From Malacoraja senta (Eukaryota): a stretch of DNA of 64,000 nt. The notes under the pieces were generated by a model. It saw only the letters and a program-made list of their open reading frames with translations. It was not told the origin of the DNA and searched no databases. Where the stretch lies: positions 126,001 to 190,000 of the forward strand of contig CM076001.1 of assembly GCA_038087875.1 (NCBI GenBank), given 5' to 3'. Positions 48,681-61,132 of the stretch are shown piece by piece; position 1 is the first letter of the stretch; each line of letters opens with the position of its first letter. The position numbers and the translations under genes were made by a program.

Positions 48681-51600
48681 GAAGCTGTTCCTGTCCTCAG
48701 CTGCAGGATGCTTCCCATCCCCACCACCGCCGCCTCCCCCAAAGCCATCCCCCTCCCCCGGCTCCAGGACGCGCTACCCATCTGAAGCCGTACCCATCCC
48801 CCGGCTACAGGACGCTCCGCCAGCCCCCGACTGAAGCCGCCCCCATTCTCAGCTGCAGTCCATTCGGCCCACAACACCCGTAATAGCCCAAGAAAGTCAA
48901 TTTGGCCCACAATGTCCGTAGAGCACTCCGGATACCAGTCCTTTCGGGCCACAACACCTGTACTAGCACAAGAAAATGTCCATACTAACCCTCTGGAATC
49001 AAGACTCTTTGGCCCACAACACCCGTACTAGCCCTCCAGAAAGGCCCCCCACCGGCCACCGCCTGACACCCTCCCCCTCCCTGACAGCCGGACACTTCCC
49101 CACCCCACCAGCCCCCCGACAGCCCATGCCTGAAGCCGTTCCCCTCCCCCGGCTAAAGGACGGTGTCCCCCCCACGGCTCCCAACAGCCCTCACCTGAAG
49201 CTATCCTCCTCCCCAGCTGCAGGATGCCTTCTCCCCCCCACTGGCCCTCTACAGCCCCCACCTGAAACAGTCTGCCACTTCCAGCTCCAGGACACTCCAC
49301 ACCACCCCCCCCCACCAGCCCCCGATAGCCCCCGCCTGAAGTCCTCCCGTCCCCAGCTGCAGGACGCTCTCCCCCCCACCACCGGCCCCTGCCTGAAGCC
49401 GTCCCCCCTCCGCAGTCTGCAGGACACTCCACCCCACCCCCACGACCCTCGACAGCCCCCGCCTGAAGCCGTCCAACTCCCCCGACTGCAGGACGCTCCC
49501 CCCCCCCAACTGGCACCCGACAGCCCCCGTCTGAAGCCATCCCCCTCCCCTGGCTGTAGGATGCTCCCTCCAGCCCCCGCCTGAAATCATCCCATCCCCA
49601 GCTGCAGGATGCTCCCCACCGGCGATAGGCCATGGCAGTGGCAGTGTCAGGCCACGGCAGTGACAACGGTAGGCAGTGGCGGTGGTAGGCCACGGCAGCG
49701 GCAGGGGTAGGCAGTGGCGGTGGTAGGCCACGGCAGTGGCAGGTGTAGGCAGCAGTAGGCCATGCAGCGCTAGGCCACGCACCTCTCCCCGCCCACCCCA
49801 CCGGCCCCCGAGAGACCCTGTCTGAAACTGTCCCCTCTCCCTGCTGCAGGACTCTACCCGCTCCCCCACCGACCCCCGACAGACCCCGTCTGAAGTCCCC
49901 CTCCCCTTGCTGCAGAACGCAACAAGTGACGAAACAAGAAAGAATGGACTGAATGAATCTCATCTTTAACTTTTAACTTTTAAATTGTTGTTATATTTTA
50001 AGAGTTATTAACATTTTAAGCTTCAATAAATCCCCTTTCCACTTGCCGTGCCCGTCAGCTGCAATAATCCCTGCGTGTTCTACGTCACAATGGGAACCCA
50101 ATAGGCGGGAATGGCTGCGCCGCCGGAGAGCTGCTAAGAGTGGATGGGAGGGGTTGAGGGGGGATGGAGTGAGTGCGTGGGGGGGGGGAGTGCAAGGGGT
50201 AGAGTGAGGGGAGGAGGGAGGATCAGGTGCGTCACAATGGGAACCCATCAGCCATGCTTGCGCAGTTGGGTGCTATGCGTGAGTGGTGGAATATTGCATT
50301 GAGGGACAAGGCCTCCCATGTGACAATGGGACCCAATGGGTCCCACTTAGTCTAATTTACATTAAAAAATACTTGCTGTCCCCAATAAAAGCATGGTGGA
50401 CACAGACATGGACACAAACACCGACAGGGCCCGGAGCCGTGCTCCTACCTCCCCCTCCCGCTGCTCCAGACCGGAATATTGCGTTGGGGGAATGAGGCCC
50501 AATGGGTCCCACTTGGGGTAGGGAGGGGAGAGGGGTTATGGACAAAGACAGGACTCTCAGACCAATGAGATATTTGTAACATTGTTGTGAGGAGAGGGAG
50601 GGAGTGGGGGAGGGGACGAGGAGAGGATTGTTGTTTATTGTTATTTAGATAGAGGGAGAGGAGGGGGGTAGGAAGGGGAGAGGGGTTATGGAGGGAGTGA
50701 CTGAGGGTAGGGGAAAGGAGAGGGAGGGAGAGGTGAGGGAGGGAGTGGTTGAGGGTAGGAGGAGAGGGGAAAGAAGAGGGAGGGTGAAGAGGAGGGGGCG
50801 GGAATGCTGGAGGATGAGGGGAGATGAGCTGCACTTGCGCAGTTGGGGGCTATGGGTGCTTTCTCCCCCACCGGCCCTCAACAGCCTCCACCTGAAGCAG
50901 TCCCCCGCCTCCAGCTGCAGGACACTCCACCCCCCCCCTCCCCACCAGCCCCCGATAGCCCCCGCCTGAAGTCCTCCCGTCCCCAGCTGCAGAACGCTCT
51001 CCCCCCCACCACCTGCCCCCGCCTGAAGCCGTCCCACCTCCGCCGTCTGCAGGACGTTCCACCCCACCCCCAACGACCCTCGACAGCCCCCGCCTGAAGC
51101 CGTCCACCTCCCCCGGCTGCAGGACACTCCCCCCCCCCACTGGCCCCCGACAGCCCCCGCCTGAAGCCGTCCCCCTCCCCTGACTGTAGGACGCTCCCTC
51201 CAGCCCCCGCCTGAAACCGTCCCGGCCCCAGCTGCAGGACGCTCCCCACCGGCGATAGGCCGCGGCAGAAGTAGGTCACAGCAGCGGCAGTGTCAGGCCA
51301 CGGCAGTGACAGCGGTAGGTAGTGGCAGTGGTAGGCCACGGCAGCGGCAGGGGTAGGCAGCGGCAGGTGTAGGCAGCAGTAGGCCATGCAGCGCTAGGCC
51401 ACGGCACCTCTCCCCGCCCACCCCACCGGCCCCCGAGAGACCCCGTCTGAAACCGCCCCCCTCTCCCTGCTGCAGAACGCAACAAGTGACGCAACTAGAA
51501 AGAATGGACTGAATGAATCTCATCTTTAACTTTTAAATTGTTGTTATATTTTAAGTTATTAACATTTTAAGGTTTAATAAATCCCCTTTCCACTTGCCGT

Positions 51601-53170
51601 GCCCATCAGCTGGAATAATACCTGCGTGTTCTATGTCACAATGGGAACCCAATGGGCGGGAATGGCTGCGCTGCCGGAGAGCCTCTAAGAGTGGATGGGA
51701 GGGGTTGAGGGGGGATGGAGTGAGTGCGTGGGCGGGGGGGGGGTATGCAAGGGGCAGAGTGAGGGTAGGAGGAAGGATCCGGTGTGTCACAACAGGAACC
51801 CACCAGCCGCGCTTGCGCAGTTGGGGGCTATGAGTGAGTGGTGGAATATTGCATTGGGGGACCAGGCCTCCCATGTGACAATGGGACCCAATGGGTCCCA
51901 CTTAGTCTAGTTTACATTAAAAAATATTTGCTGTCCCCAATAAAGGCATGGTGGACACAGACATGGACACAAACACCGACAGGGCCAGGAGCAGTGCTCC
52001 TACCTCCCCCTCCCGCTGCTCCAGACCGGAATATTGCTTTGGGGGAACGAGGCCCAATGGGTTCCACTTGGGGTAGGAAGGGGAGAGGGGTTATGGACAA
52101 AGACAGGACTCTCAGACCAATGAGAGATTTGTAACATTGTTGTGAGGAGAGGGAGGGAGTGGGGGAGGGGATGAGGAGAGGATTGTTGTTTATTGTTATT
52201 TAGATAGAGGGAGAGGAGGGGGTTAGGAAGGGGAGAGGGGTTATGGAGGGAGGGAGGGAGTGACTGAGGGTAGGGGAAAGGAGAGGGAGGGAGAGGTGAG
52301 GGAGGGAGTGGTTGAGGGTAGGAGAGGGGAAAGAAGAGGGTGAAGAGGAGGGGGCGGGAATGCTGAAGGATGAGGGGAGATGAGCCGCTCTTGCGCAGTT
52401 GGGGGCTATGGGTGAGTGGTGGAATATTGCGTTGGGGGAACGGGTTGCATTGGGGAATGGGTGAGTGGTGGAATATTGGTTGGGGGAATGGGGCCCAATG
52501 GGTCATATTGGTAGGGAGGGGAGAGGGGTTATAGAGGGAGGGAGGGAGCGAGTGACTTGAGGTTAGGGCATGACTGAGGCAAGGGGAAAGGAGATGGAGG
52601 GAGAGGTGAGGGGGGAGTGGAGATGGGGAGGAGAGGGGAGAGAAGAGGGAGGGTGAAGAGGATGGGGAGGGTGTGTTGGGGGATGAGGGGAAATGAGCCG
52701 CGCCTGCGCAGTTGGGAGCTATGGGTGAATGGTGGAATATTGCGTTGGGGGAACGGGTTGCATTGGAGGAATGGGTAAGTGGTGGAAACGGGTTGCGTTG
52801 GGGGAACGGGTAAGTGGTGGAATATTACATTGGGGGAACGGGGCCCAACGGGGGTAGACAAAAGTGCTGGAGAAACTCAGCGGGTGTGGCAGCATATATG
52901 GAGCGAAGGAAATAGGCAACGTTTTGGGCCGAAACCCTTCTTCAGCGCGTCCCACTTGGTCTAGTATCCCAATAAACCTTTCCTATCCATGTACATGTCT
53001 AAGTGTTTTTTTTAAAGCTGTTATACAGTTGTACCTGCCTCAACTACATCCTCTGGCAGCTCGTTCCATTTACCATTTATAACCTTGTGTGAAAACGTTG
53101 CCTCTCACATTCCTATTAAATCATTCCCCTCTCACCTTAAACCTATTTCCTCTGGTTCTTGATTCCTTTA

Positions 53171-53371
53171 TGTAGATTGGTTATTGTTTGTGAACAATTG
53201 GTAATGTACTACCACTAGCTCCACCCTATTGAACACTTCATATTAACACTCACTTCCTATATTACGTAGTCGCACTAGTGGTAGTGAAACTAACATCTAT
53301 TGTACTGTGCCATTATGACTGATGATTAAAGTTGACTTAAACACCAGACTGTGTCTGTACAGTTGTTTACA
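53171..53371 (+). mobile_element. Solo LTR (201 bp) inserted in a CR1
   Basis: TGTA...TACA termini, ATTAAA signal near 53325, TSD CTTTA/CTTTG; the CR1 reading GATTC...CTCTGGGTAAAAG resumes after it. Confidence 0.8.
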
Positions 53372-54061
53372 CTTTGCTCTGGGTAAAAGAACTCTGTGCA
53401 TTCACCCTATCTTACCCCTCATGATCCTATACACCTCTATAACATTACCCTCTGTCTCCTGTGTTCCAAGGAATAATGTCCTAGCCTGTCCAATCTCTCC
53501 TTATAGCTCAGGCACTCAAGTTCTGGCAACATTCTCATAAATTATCTCGACACTCTTTCCAGCTTAACGCAACACAATATTCCAAATGTAGCCTCACCAA
53601 CATCTTGCAAAACTGCAACATTACATAGATAGACGCAAAATGGTAGAGTAACTCAGCGGGTCAGGAAGCATCTCTGGAGAAAAGGGTTTTGGGTCTGAAC
53701 CCTTCTTCAGACATAACATCCCAACTTCTATGTTCAGTACCCTAACTGATGAAGGCCAATGTACCGAATGCCTTCTTGACCACCCTGCGACACCAATTTG
53801 AGGAAACTACTGCATGTATCTGTATTCCTAGACCCTCTACCCTTCAAGACTCCCCAGGGCCCTGCCATTCACAGTGAAGGTCCTGCCCTGGTTTGACTTC
53901 CTGAAAATCCAGGATCTCACACTTATCTGCATTAAATTCCATGAACCATTCCTCGGCACACTTGCCCAGCTGATCAAGATCCTGGTGTAATTTTTGACAA
54001 CCATCATTGCTATCTACGATACCACTGAATTTAGTACCATCGGCAAATTTACTAATCATGC

Positions 54062-54355
54062 TTTACTTTAGTTCAAACATGCAGCATGGAAAAAGGCCAG
54101 CTCACCGAATCCACACCCATAGATCCACGCTCGTTCTATATTATCCCATTCCCAACAAAAGAGGTGGCAATTTACAGAGGCCAATTAACCTACAAACCTG
54201 CACGTGGGAGGAAACCGGAGAACCCGGAGGAAAGCCACACGATCAAACAGGGAGAATGTGCAAACTTCACACAGACTGCCCCCAAGGTCAGGATCGAACC
54301 CGGGTCTCTGATGCTGTGAGCCAGCAGTTCTACCAGCTGAACCACTTTGTGCCCT
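54062..54355 (-). mobile_element. HE1-like SINE
   Basis: Same architecture as 39070-39395 (GGATCGAACCCGGGTC B-box complement, CAATTAACCTACA core). Confidence 0.75.
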
Positions 54356-57300
54356 GCTGTGTCACAGTGCCTTGTACATTCTCATCCAAATCGTTGATAT
54401 AAATCACAAACAGAAATGCGCTCAGCACCAGACTCTGAGGCATACCACTAGTCACAGGCCTCTAGTCCAAAAAGCCAACCTTCCTCCATCACCCTCTGCT
54501 TCCTTTCATGAAGCTAATTCTCTATCCAGTCAGTTAGCTCTCCCTGGATCCCATGTGATCTAACTGTCCTGTGGTTTTATAAGTTGGATAGACTTGGATT
54601 GTTTTCTCGGGAATATCAGAGGTTGTGGGGAGACTTGAGAGAAGTATATAAAATGATGAGAACTATAGATAGGGGAGACAGTGAGAACCTTTTTCCCAGT
54701 GTGGAAATGTTCAACACTAGGAGATGTCGGGGCAAGTATTTACACAGAGAATGGTGGGGCCTGGAACATTGCTAGGGGCGGTGGAGGTGGAGACTACAGT
54801 GGCATTTAAGAGGCATTTAGATAGGCACATGGAAGTGCAGGGAATAGAGGGATATGGATCATGTACAGTCAGATTAGGTCAGTTTAATTTTGCATCATGT
54901 TCAGCACAAGCACTGTGGGCTGAAGGGCCTGTTCCTGTGTTGTACTGTTCTATGTTCTATGTATAGAGTAGCCTACCATGCGCAGCCTTATCAAATGCCT
55001 TACTGAAGACCATGTGGACAATGTCTACGGCTTTGCCCTCGTCAACCTTTTTGGTTACCTCTAAAAACTCAATCAGAGTTGTTAGACTTGATCTCCCATG
55101 TACAAAACCACATTGATTATCCCTAATCGGCACCTGATTATTCAAATGCATATCTATCTGGTCCCTAAGAAGGTGATCGGTATATTGAATGAGCTGACAG
55201 AGGGAGTAGTTGAGGCAATAACAACTTTTAAAAGATATTTGGACAGGTCATAAGGTCATAAGTGATTGGAATAGAATTAGGCCAATCGGCCCATCAAGTC
55301 TACTCTGTCATTCAATCATGGCTGATCTATCTCTCCCTCCTAACCCCATTCTTCTGCCTTCTCTCCATAACTTCTGACACCCATACTAATCAAGAATCTA
55401 TCTATGTCTGCCTAAATTTTTTCACTGACTTGGCCTCCACAGCCTTCGGTGGCAAAGAATTCCACAGATTCACCACCTTCTGACTAAAGACATTTTTCCT
55501 CATCTCCTCCTAAAAGAACATCCTTTAATTCTGAGGCTATGACCTCTAGACTTAGACTCTCCCACAAGTGGAAACATCCTCTCCACATCCACTCTATCCA
55601 AGCCTTTCACTATTCTGTATGTTTCATTGAGGTCCCCCCTCATTCTTCTGAACTCCAGCGCGTACAGGCCTAGTGCCGACAAACGCTCATTATTTTAATC
55701 CACTCATTCCTGGGATCATTCTTGTAAACCTCTCCAGAGCCAGCACATCCGTCCTCAGATATGGTGCCCAATATTGCTCTCAATATTCCAATGTGGCCTT
55801 ACCAGCGCTTTATAAAGCCTCAGCATTACATTCCTCTTTTTGTATACAAGCCCTCTTGAAATAAATGTTAGCATTTTGTCTGCCTTCCTTACTACCGATT
55901 CGACTTGCAGATTAACCTTTTGGGAACAATAATGTATTTCCACTTCTTTAGGGTAGTATAATGAAACAATTAAAAAGACTCCTGGATTACTGGTATACAG
56001 TCACTTGACTAAACAAAGACAACATCCCTTCATTTGGAAGGGTATTGAGTACAAAAGCTGGAACATTATAAAATGATATATATACAATTATGAGAGGCAT
56101 AGATAGGGCAGACATGTCAGAACGTTTATCACAGGGTGGAAATGTCGAACACTATAAGGCATAGATATAAGGTGAGATGGAAAAAGCTTAATGGAAATGT
56201 GCAGGGCAAGTTGTTTTACACAGGGGGCCTGGAATGCATCGCCAGGGATGGTGGTGGAGGCAGATACAATAGTGATGTTTAAGAGGCACCCAGAAGTACA
56301 AGGAACATTGTAAGTCAAAGGATCCTTTCCTGTGCTGTACTGCTCCATGATGTGCCTTGTTATTATGATGCAACTGTACAAGTGATTGATGAGACTGCAC
56401 GAGGTGACTGTGTGTAGTTCTGGCCATTCTGCCACAGAAAGGATGTCATTAAGTTGGAAAGGATGCAGAAGGGATTTGCCTGCATGTTACCTGTGCTTAC
56501 AATCTAGATTTATAGGGAAAGGTTGGATAGGCTGGGTGCTCTTGGAGCTTTTGGATAGGCTTTGAAGTGCAGAAAGCTGTCCTAATTGTGGTGTATAAGA
56601 CCATGAGGGATATCGATAAAGTGAATACTCACAGTCTTTATGCCAGGCTAGAAGATTCTCAGACTAGAGGGAATATGCTTAAATTGAGAGGGTAGAGATT
56701 TAAGAGAGACCTCAAAGTCAATATACTGCTACACGGGTGGGTTTAAACTAAATAGCGGTGGGGTGGGATCAACAACGTTGAAGTGTATGTGTGGAGTTAA
56801 TGGGAAAGAGAGTGCAGGAAAGGTCACAGAAGTCTCCAGAAATAACAGGGCAGAAAGTTAAAAAAGGGGGAAGAGAGTAAGGTTGGATAAAATCGGGATG
56901 GTGGTGAGAGGAGGGGTGGTCAACACCTAATTGAAGATATTATGTTTGAATGCACGTAGCATAAGGAACAAAGTGGATGAGTTTGCAGCACAGTTGGAAA
57001 TTGGCAGGTTTGATGTTGTAGGCAGAACAGAGACGTGGCTACAAGAGGATTGGAACTGGGAGCTAAATATTCAAGGCTACACATCCTATCGCAAGGACAG
57101 ACAGGTGGGCAGAGGGGGTGGAGTAGCACTGCTGGTAAAGAATGAAATTCAGTCCTTAGCAAATGATGACATAGGATCAGAAGATGTAGAGTCCCTGTGG
57201 ATAGAGCTGAAATACTGCAAGGGTAAAAATACTCCAATAGGAGTTATTTACAGGCCCCCAACAGTAGCCAGGAGAGAGGGTATGTTGCATCAGGAAATAA

Positions 57301-57554
57301 AATTAACATGTAGGAAAGGCAATGCTACGATGGTCATGGGAGATTTCAATATGCCGGTAGACTGGGAGAATCAGGCTAGCAATGGACCCCAAGAGAGAGA
57401 ATTGTAGAATGCCTCCGAGATAGTTTCACAGAGCAGCTGGTGGTGGAGCCTACCAGGGATAAGGCAATTCTAGATTTAGTGTTGTGCAATGAACCAGATT
57501 TAATAAGAGATCTTGAGATAAAGGAACCGTTACAAGGTAACGACCAAAATATGA

Positions 57555-57562
<8 letters not shown>

Positions 57563-57585
<23 letters not shown>

Positions 57586-60200
57586 ATTTATTTTTTTTTT
57601 TTTTATTTTTTTTTTTATTTTTTAGAAGTACGGTAGATTACAGTAATGTACAACACGTATATATTAATACATTTTTTGTACCGCTTCACTTTTTTAAACT
57701 TTAAGAAAGAAAAAGAAAGAAGTAAGAAAAGTGAAGAAAGTGCGCAAAGGTTGTGAAGTGCAAAAGAGTGTTGGGAAAAGAAAGCCCCTTAGAAAAGAAG
57801 TTAGAGAAGGAAGTAAAGTTAGAAAATAGACCCTAGAAAAAAAAAGAGAAAGAAAGAAGGAACAATCGCTCTATTATAACTCTTATACCATACTTCATAG
57901 AGAAGGAACTACCAACCAAGTCTGTTTTTATTTTACCTCCCATTACCAGGTCCAGATACCTTTTATTTATTTATTTGTTTTTCTAAATTACTATTGCACC
58001 TCATGCTTGTAATAGGTCCAAAAACGTAGACCACGTCTTTTGAAATTGATCTACTTTGCCTACTAGGAGGAATCTCATCTCTTCCAGATGTAATGTTTCC
58101 AACATATTTGATGTCCACATTTTTATTGTTGGTGTGGGCGCATTTTTCCAGAATTTAAGTATAAGCTTTTTTCCCATTATTAGCCCATAATTGAGTAAAT
58201 TCTTCTGATACACGTTTAATTCAGGAATACCTTCCGATATTCCAAAAATAATCCATTCTGGTTTTGGTACCAGTTTTATTTTGATTAATTTTGAAAAAAT
58301 ATCAAATATTTCAAACCAGAATTTTTGGATTTTTGTACAAAAAACAAAAGAATGTGCTATGGTGGCTTCTTGACATATACATTTATCACAGATTGGTGAG
58401 ACGTTAGGAAAGATTTTATTTAGTTTGGTTTTTGAATAATATAATCTATGTAATGTTTTAAATTGGATAAGCGTATATCGTACGTTGATCGAGCATTTAT
58501 GCACCTGTAATAAATGATTATCCCAACTCTCTTTTGAAATTTTTATACCTAGATCTTGTTCCCAATCTCTTCTAATTCCATCTGTTGTGGGTATTTCTAT
58601 ATTTAAGATGATATTATATAAGTATGATATTAAATTAACTGATTCCGCCTTTGTCTTCATTGCTTCATCTAGTAAGTCGGAAGGCATATTATAATAATCT
58701 TTTGTGTGTGTTTTCAAATAGTCACAGATTTGTAGATATTTAAAATATTGATTATTTTTCAAATTATATTTCAGTTGTAGTTGTTGGAATGATAGTAATT
58801 TTTCTAATTCATACAGATCTTCGAGCGTTTTAATTCCCATTCTTTCCCATTGTATAAATGCTTTATCTATGATTGAAGGTTTAAACGATGGGTTATTGAC
58901 TATTGGTATTAAGAGAGATAGGTTTCTTAATTTTAGATTCTGTTTTATTTGCTTCCATGTTCTAATAGTGCTATATATAATTGGATTTTTATTATAATTT
59001 TTATTATTCAAATTTATTGGAGAGAGAATAATCGCTCCTATATTATTCGGGGAGCAATCCCCTTTTTCCATTATAATCCAGTCCACCTGCTGGGCAGAAT
59101 TGTCCAGCAGGTGAATCATATTTTTAATATTTACTGCCCAGTTATAATACATAAAGTTAGGGAGCGCTAGACCCCCCAACTCTTTTCGTTTGTTAAGGTG
59201 TGTTCTTTGTATTCTGTGGGATTTGTAATCCCATATAAAATTTGTAATGTCTGAGTCCAGTTTTTTGAAAAACTTTTTTGGGAGATATATAGGTATTGAT
59301 TGAAATAGGTAAAGGATTTGTGGTAAGAAAATCATTTTTATAGCATTTATCCTACCTATTAAGGACATCGGAAGTGTTTTCCAAAATTTAATCAGATTAT
59401 TTAATTTCTTAAGTAGGGGATTATAATTAGCTTTAAACATATCATGGTAATTTCTAGTAATCTCAATTCCTAAATATTTGAATTTTTCCATAGCTATTTT
59501 AAAAGGGAATTTCCTGAGATGTGTTGAGTCTTTTGGTTTAATCGACATAATTTCACTTTTGTTCCAATTTATTCTATATCCTGAAAAGGATCCAAAGTCC
59601 TCAATTAAGTTTAATATATTTGGTATACTAATTTGTGGTTTTGTGATGTACAGTAGTACATCATCAGCATATAGGGATAGTTTGTTGTTTGAATATTTTG
59701 TGTTATAACCGTGAATATTCGAGTGTGTTCTTATTTTTTCAGCAAGGGGTTCAATTACCAAAGCAAATAACAGCGGTGATAGTGAACATCCTTGTCTGTT
59801 GCCCCTAGATAATTCGAATTTTGAAGATAATATATTATTAGTTAGTATTCTAGCCGTAGGTTTGTTATATAGTAGTTTTATCCATGCAATAAAGTTTTCT
59901 CCCAATTGGAATTTTTGCAATACTTTGATCATATAGTCCCATTCTACTTGATCAAACGCTTTTTCTGCGTCCAGTGAGATGATAGCTAACTCTTGGTCAT
60001 AAGATTTATGTGAATGCATTATGTTAAGCAAACGTCTCAAATTATTAAATGAGTGTCTCTTAGGTATAAATCCTGTTTGATCCTCATGTATTAGTCTACT
60101 AACATACTTGCTTAATCTATTGGCTAATGTTTTTGCTATTATTTTCTGATCCGTATTTAACAAAGCAATAGCTCTATATGATCCTGGTTCTTCTATATTT
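57563..60200 (-). mobile_element. Young 5'-truncated L1
   Basis: Poly-T 57560-57622; perfect 17-bp TSD AAAATATGATAAGATTT (57546-57562, 60201-60217). Confidence 0.96.
58001..60163 (-). CDS. L1 ORF2 RT plus C-terminal zinc knuckle, 720 uninterrupted codons (5' truncated, no endonuclease)
   Basis: DAEKAFD, RGNRQGC.LSPLLF, YADD, KYLGI, CDKC...H...C. Confidence 0.9.
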   Translation of the reverse strand: MLNTDQKIIAKTLANRLSKYVSRLIHEDQTGFIPKRHSFNNLRRLLNIMHSHKSYDQELAIISLDAEKAFDQVEWDYMIKVLQKFQLGENFIAWIKLLYNKPTARILTNNILSSKFELSRGNRQGCSLSPLLFALVIEPLAEKIRTHSNIHGYNTKYSNNKLSLYADDVLLYITKPQISIPNILNLIEDFGSFSGYRINWNKSEIMSIKPKDSTHLRKFPFKIAMEKFKYLGIEITRNYHDMFKANYNPLLKKLNNLIKFWKTLPMSLIGRINAIKMIFLPQILYLFQSIPIYLPKKFFKKLDSDITNFIWDYKSHRIQRTHLNKRKELGGLALPNFMYYNWAVNIKNMIHLLDNSAQQVDWIIMEKGDCSPNNIGAIILSPINLNNKNYNKNPIIYSTIRTWKQIKQNLKLRNLSLLIPIVNNPSFKPSIIDKAFIQWERMGIKTLEDLYELEKLLSFQQLQLKYNLKNNQYFKYLQICDYLKTHTKDYYNMPSDLLDEAMKTKAESVNLISYLYNIILNIEIPTTDGIRRDWEQDLGIKISKESWDNHLLQVHKCSINVRYTLIQFKTLHRLYYSKTKLNKIFPNVSPICDKCICQEATIAHSFVFCTKIQKFWFEIFDIFSKLIKIKLVPKPEWIIFGISEGIPELNVYQKNLLNYGLIMGKKLILKFWKNAPTPTIKMWTSNMLETLHLEEMRFLLVGKVDQFQKTWSTFLDLLQA

Positions 60201-61132
60201 AAAATATGATAAGATTTAACCTACAATTTGAAAGGGAGGTGAAATCGGATGTGTGGGTATTATAGCTGAGCAAAGGGAACTACCGAGACATGAGAGAGGA
60301 GCTGGCAAAGAGTGACTGGGAAAAGACTTTAGTAGGAATGATGGTAGATCAGCAATGGCAGGAATTTCTGCGGATAATTCGGAAGGTGCAGGATCATTTC
60401 ATTCAAAAGAGGAAGAAAGATTCCAGGGGGAGAACAATATGACCAAGGCTGACAAAGGGAGATCAAGGACAACATGAAAGCAAAAGAAAAGGCATATAAC
60501 ATTGCAAAGATTAGTGGAAAGCCAGAGGATTGGGATATTTTCAAAGAACAACAAAAGGTAACCAAAATGATAATATGGAGGGAATAGATGAAGTAAGCTA
60601 GCCAATAATATAATAGAGGATAGCAAGAGTTTCTACGGAAAGATAAAGAATAAAAAAGAGGCAAGAGTGGACGTTGGGCCTCTGGAGAACGATGCAGGAG
60701 AATTGATAACGGGAAATCAAGAAATGGCAGAGGAATTAATTAACTTTTTTGCATCAGTCTTCACAGATGACACCAGCAGTGTGCCTGCAATCCTAGTGTC
60801 AGGGGCTGGAGGTTAGTGGAGCGACGATTACTAAGCAGAAGGTGCTAGGAAAACTGAAAGGTCTGAGGGTGGATAAATCACCTGGACCAGATGGACTGCA
60901 CCCCAGGGTTCTGAAGGACGTGGCCTCAGAGATTGTGGAGGCATTAGTTGTGATATTTCAAGAATCACTAGTGTTAGGAGTGGTTCCTCAAGATTGGAAA
61001 ATTGTGAATATCACCCCGCTGAACAAGATGGGAGCAAAGCAGAAGAGCGAAAATTATAGGCCGGTTAGGCTGACTTCGGTGGTTGGTAAGATTTTAGAGT
61101 CAATTATAAAGGATGAGGTTACGCAGTACTTA

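Larger units (their letters stand above)
43720..52964 (+). mobile_element. GC-rich Helitron-derived array with internal minisatellites and a ~1.6-kb tandem duplication, interrupted by CR1 copies
   Basis: Helitron-type 3' ends GACCCAATGGGTC...CTAG/CTAA-T at 50352, 51907 and 52961; recurring unit GCCTGAAGCCGTCCCCCTCCCC..GCTGCAGGAC; 5' end not identified. Confidence 0.7.
52966..56720. mobile_element. Mosaic of CR1 fragments on both strands
   Basis: KFADGTK (53844-54059), RRMRGDL.ETY (55500-55682), KAFDK..H (54957-55151), several 3' tails. Confidence 0.8.

Noticed and set aside
47975..49040. Repeat-spacer-like pattern suggestive of a CRISPR array
   Set aside because: Degenerate tandem units with related 'spacers', no cas genes, vertebrate repeat context.
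43528..52955. Many long Pro/Gly-rich ORFs on both strands
   Set aside because: Artefacts of GC-rich minisatellite sequence; open in several frames and without domain motifs.
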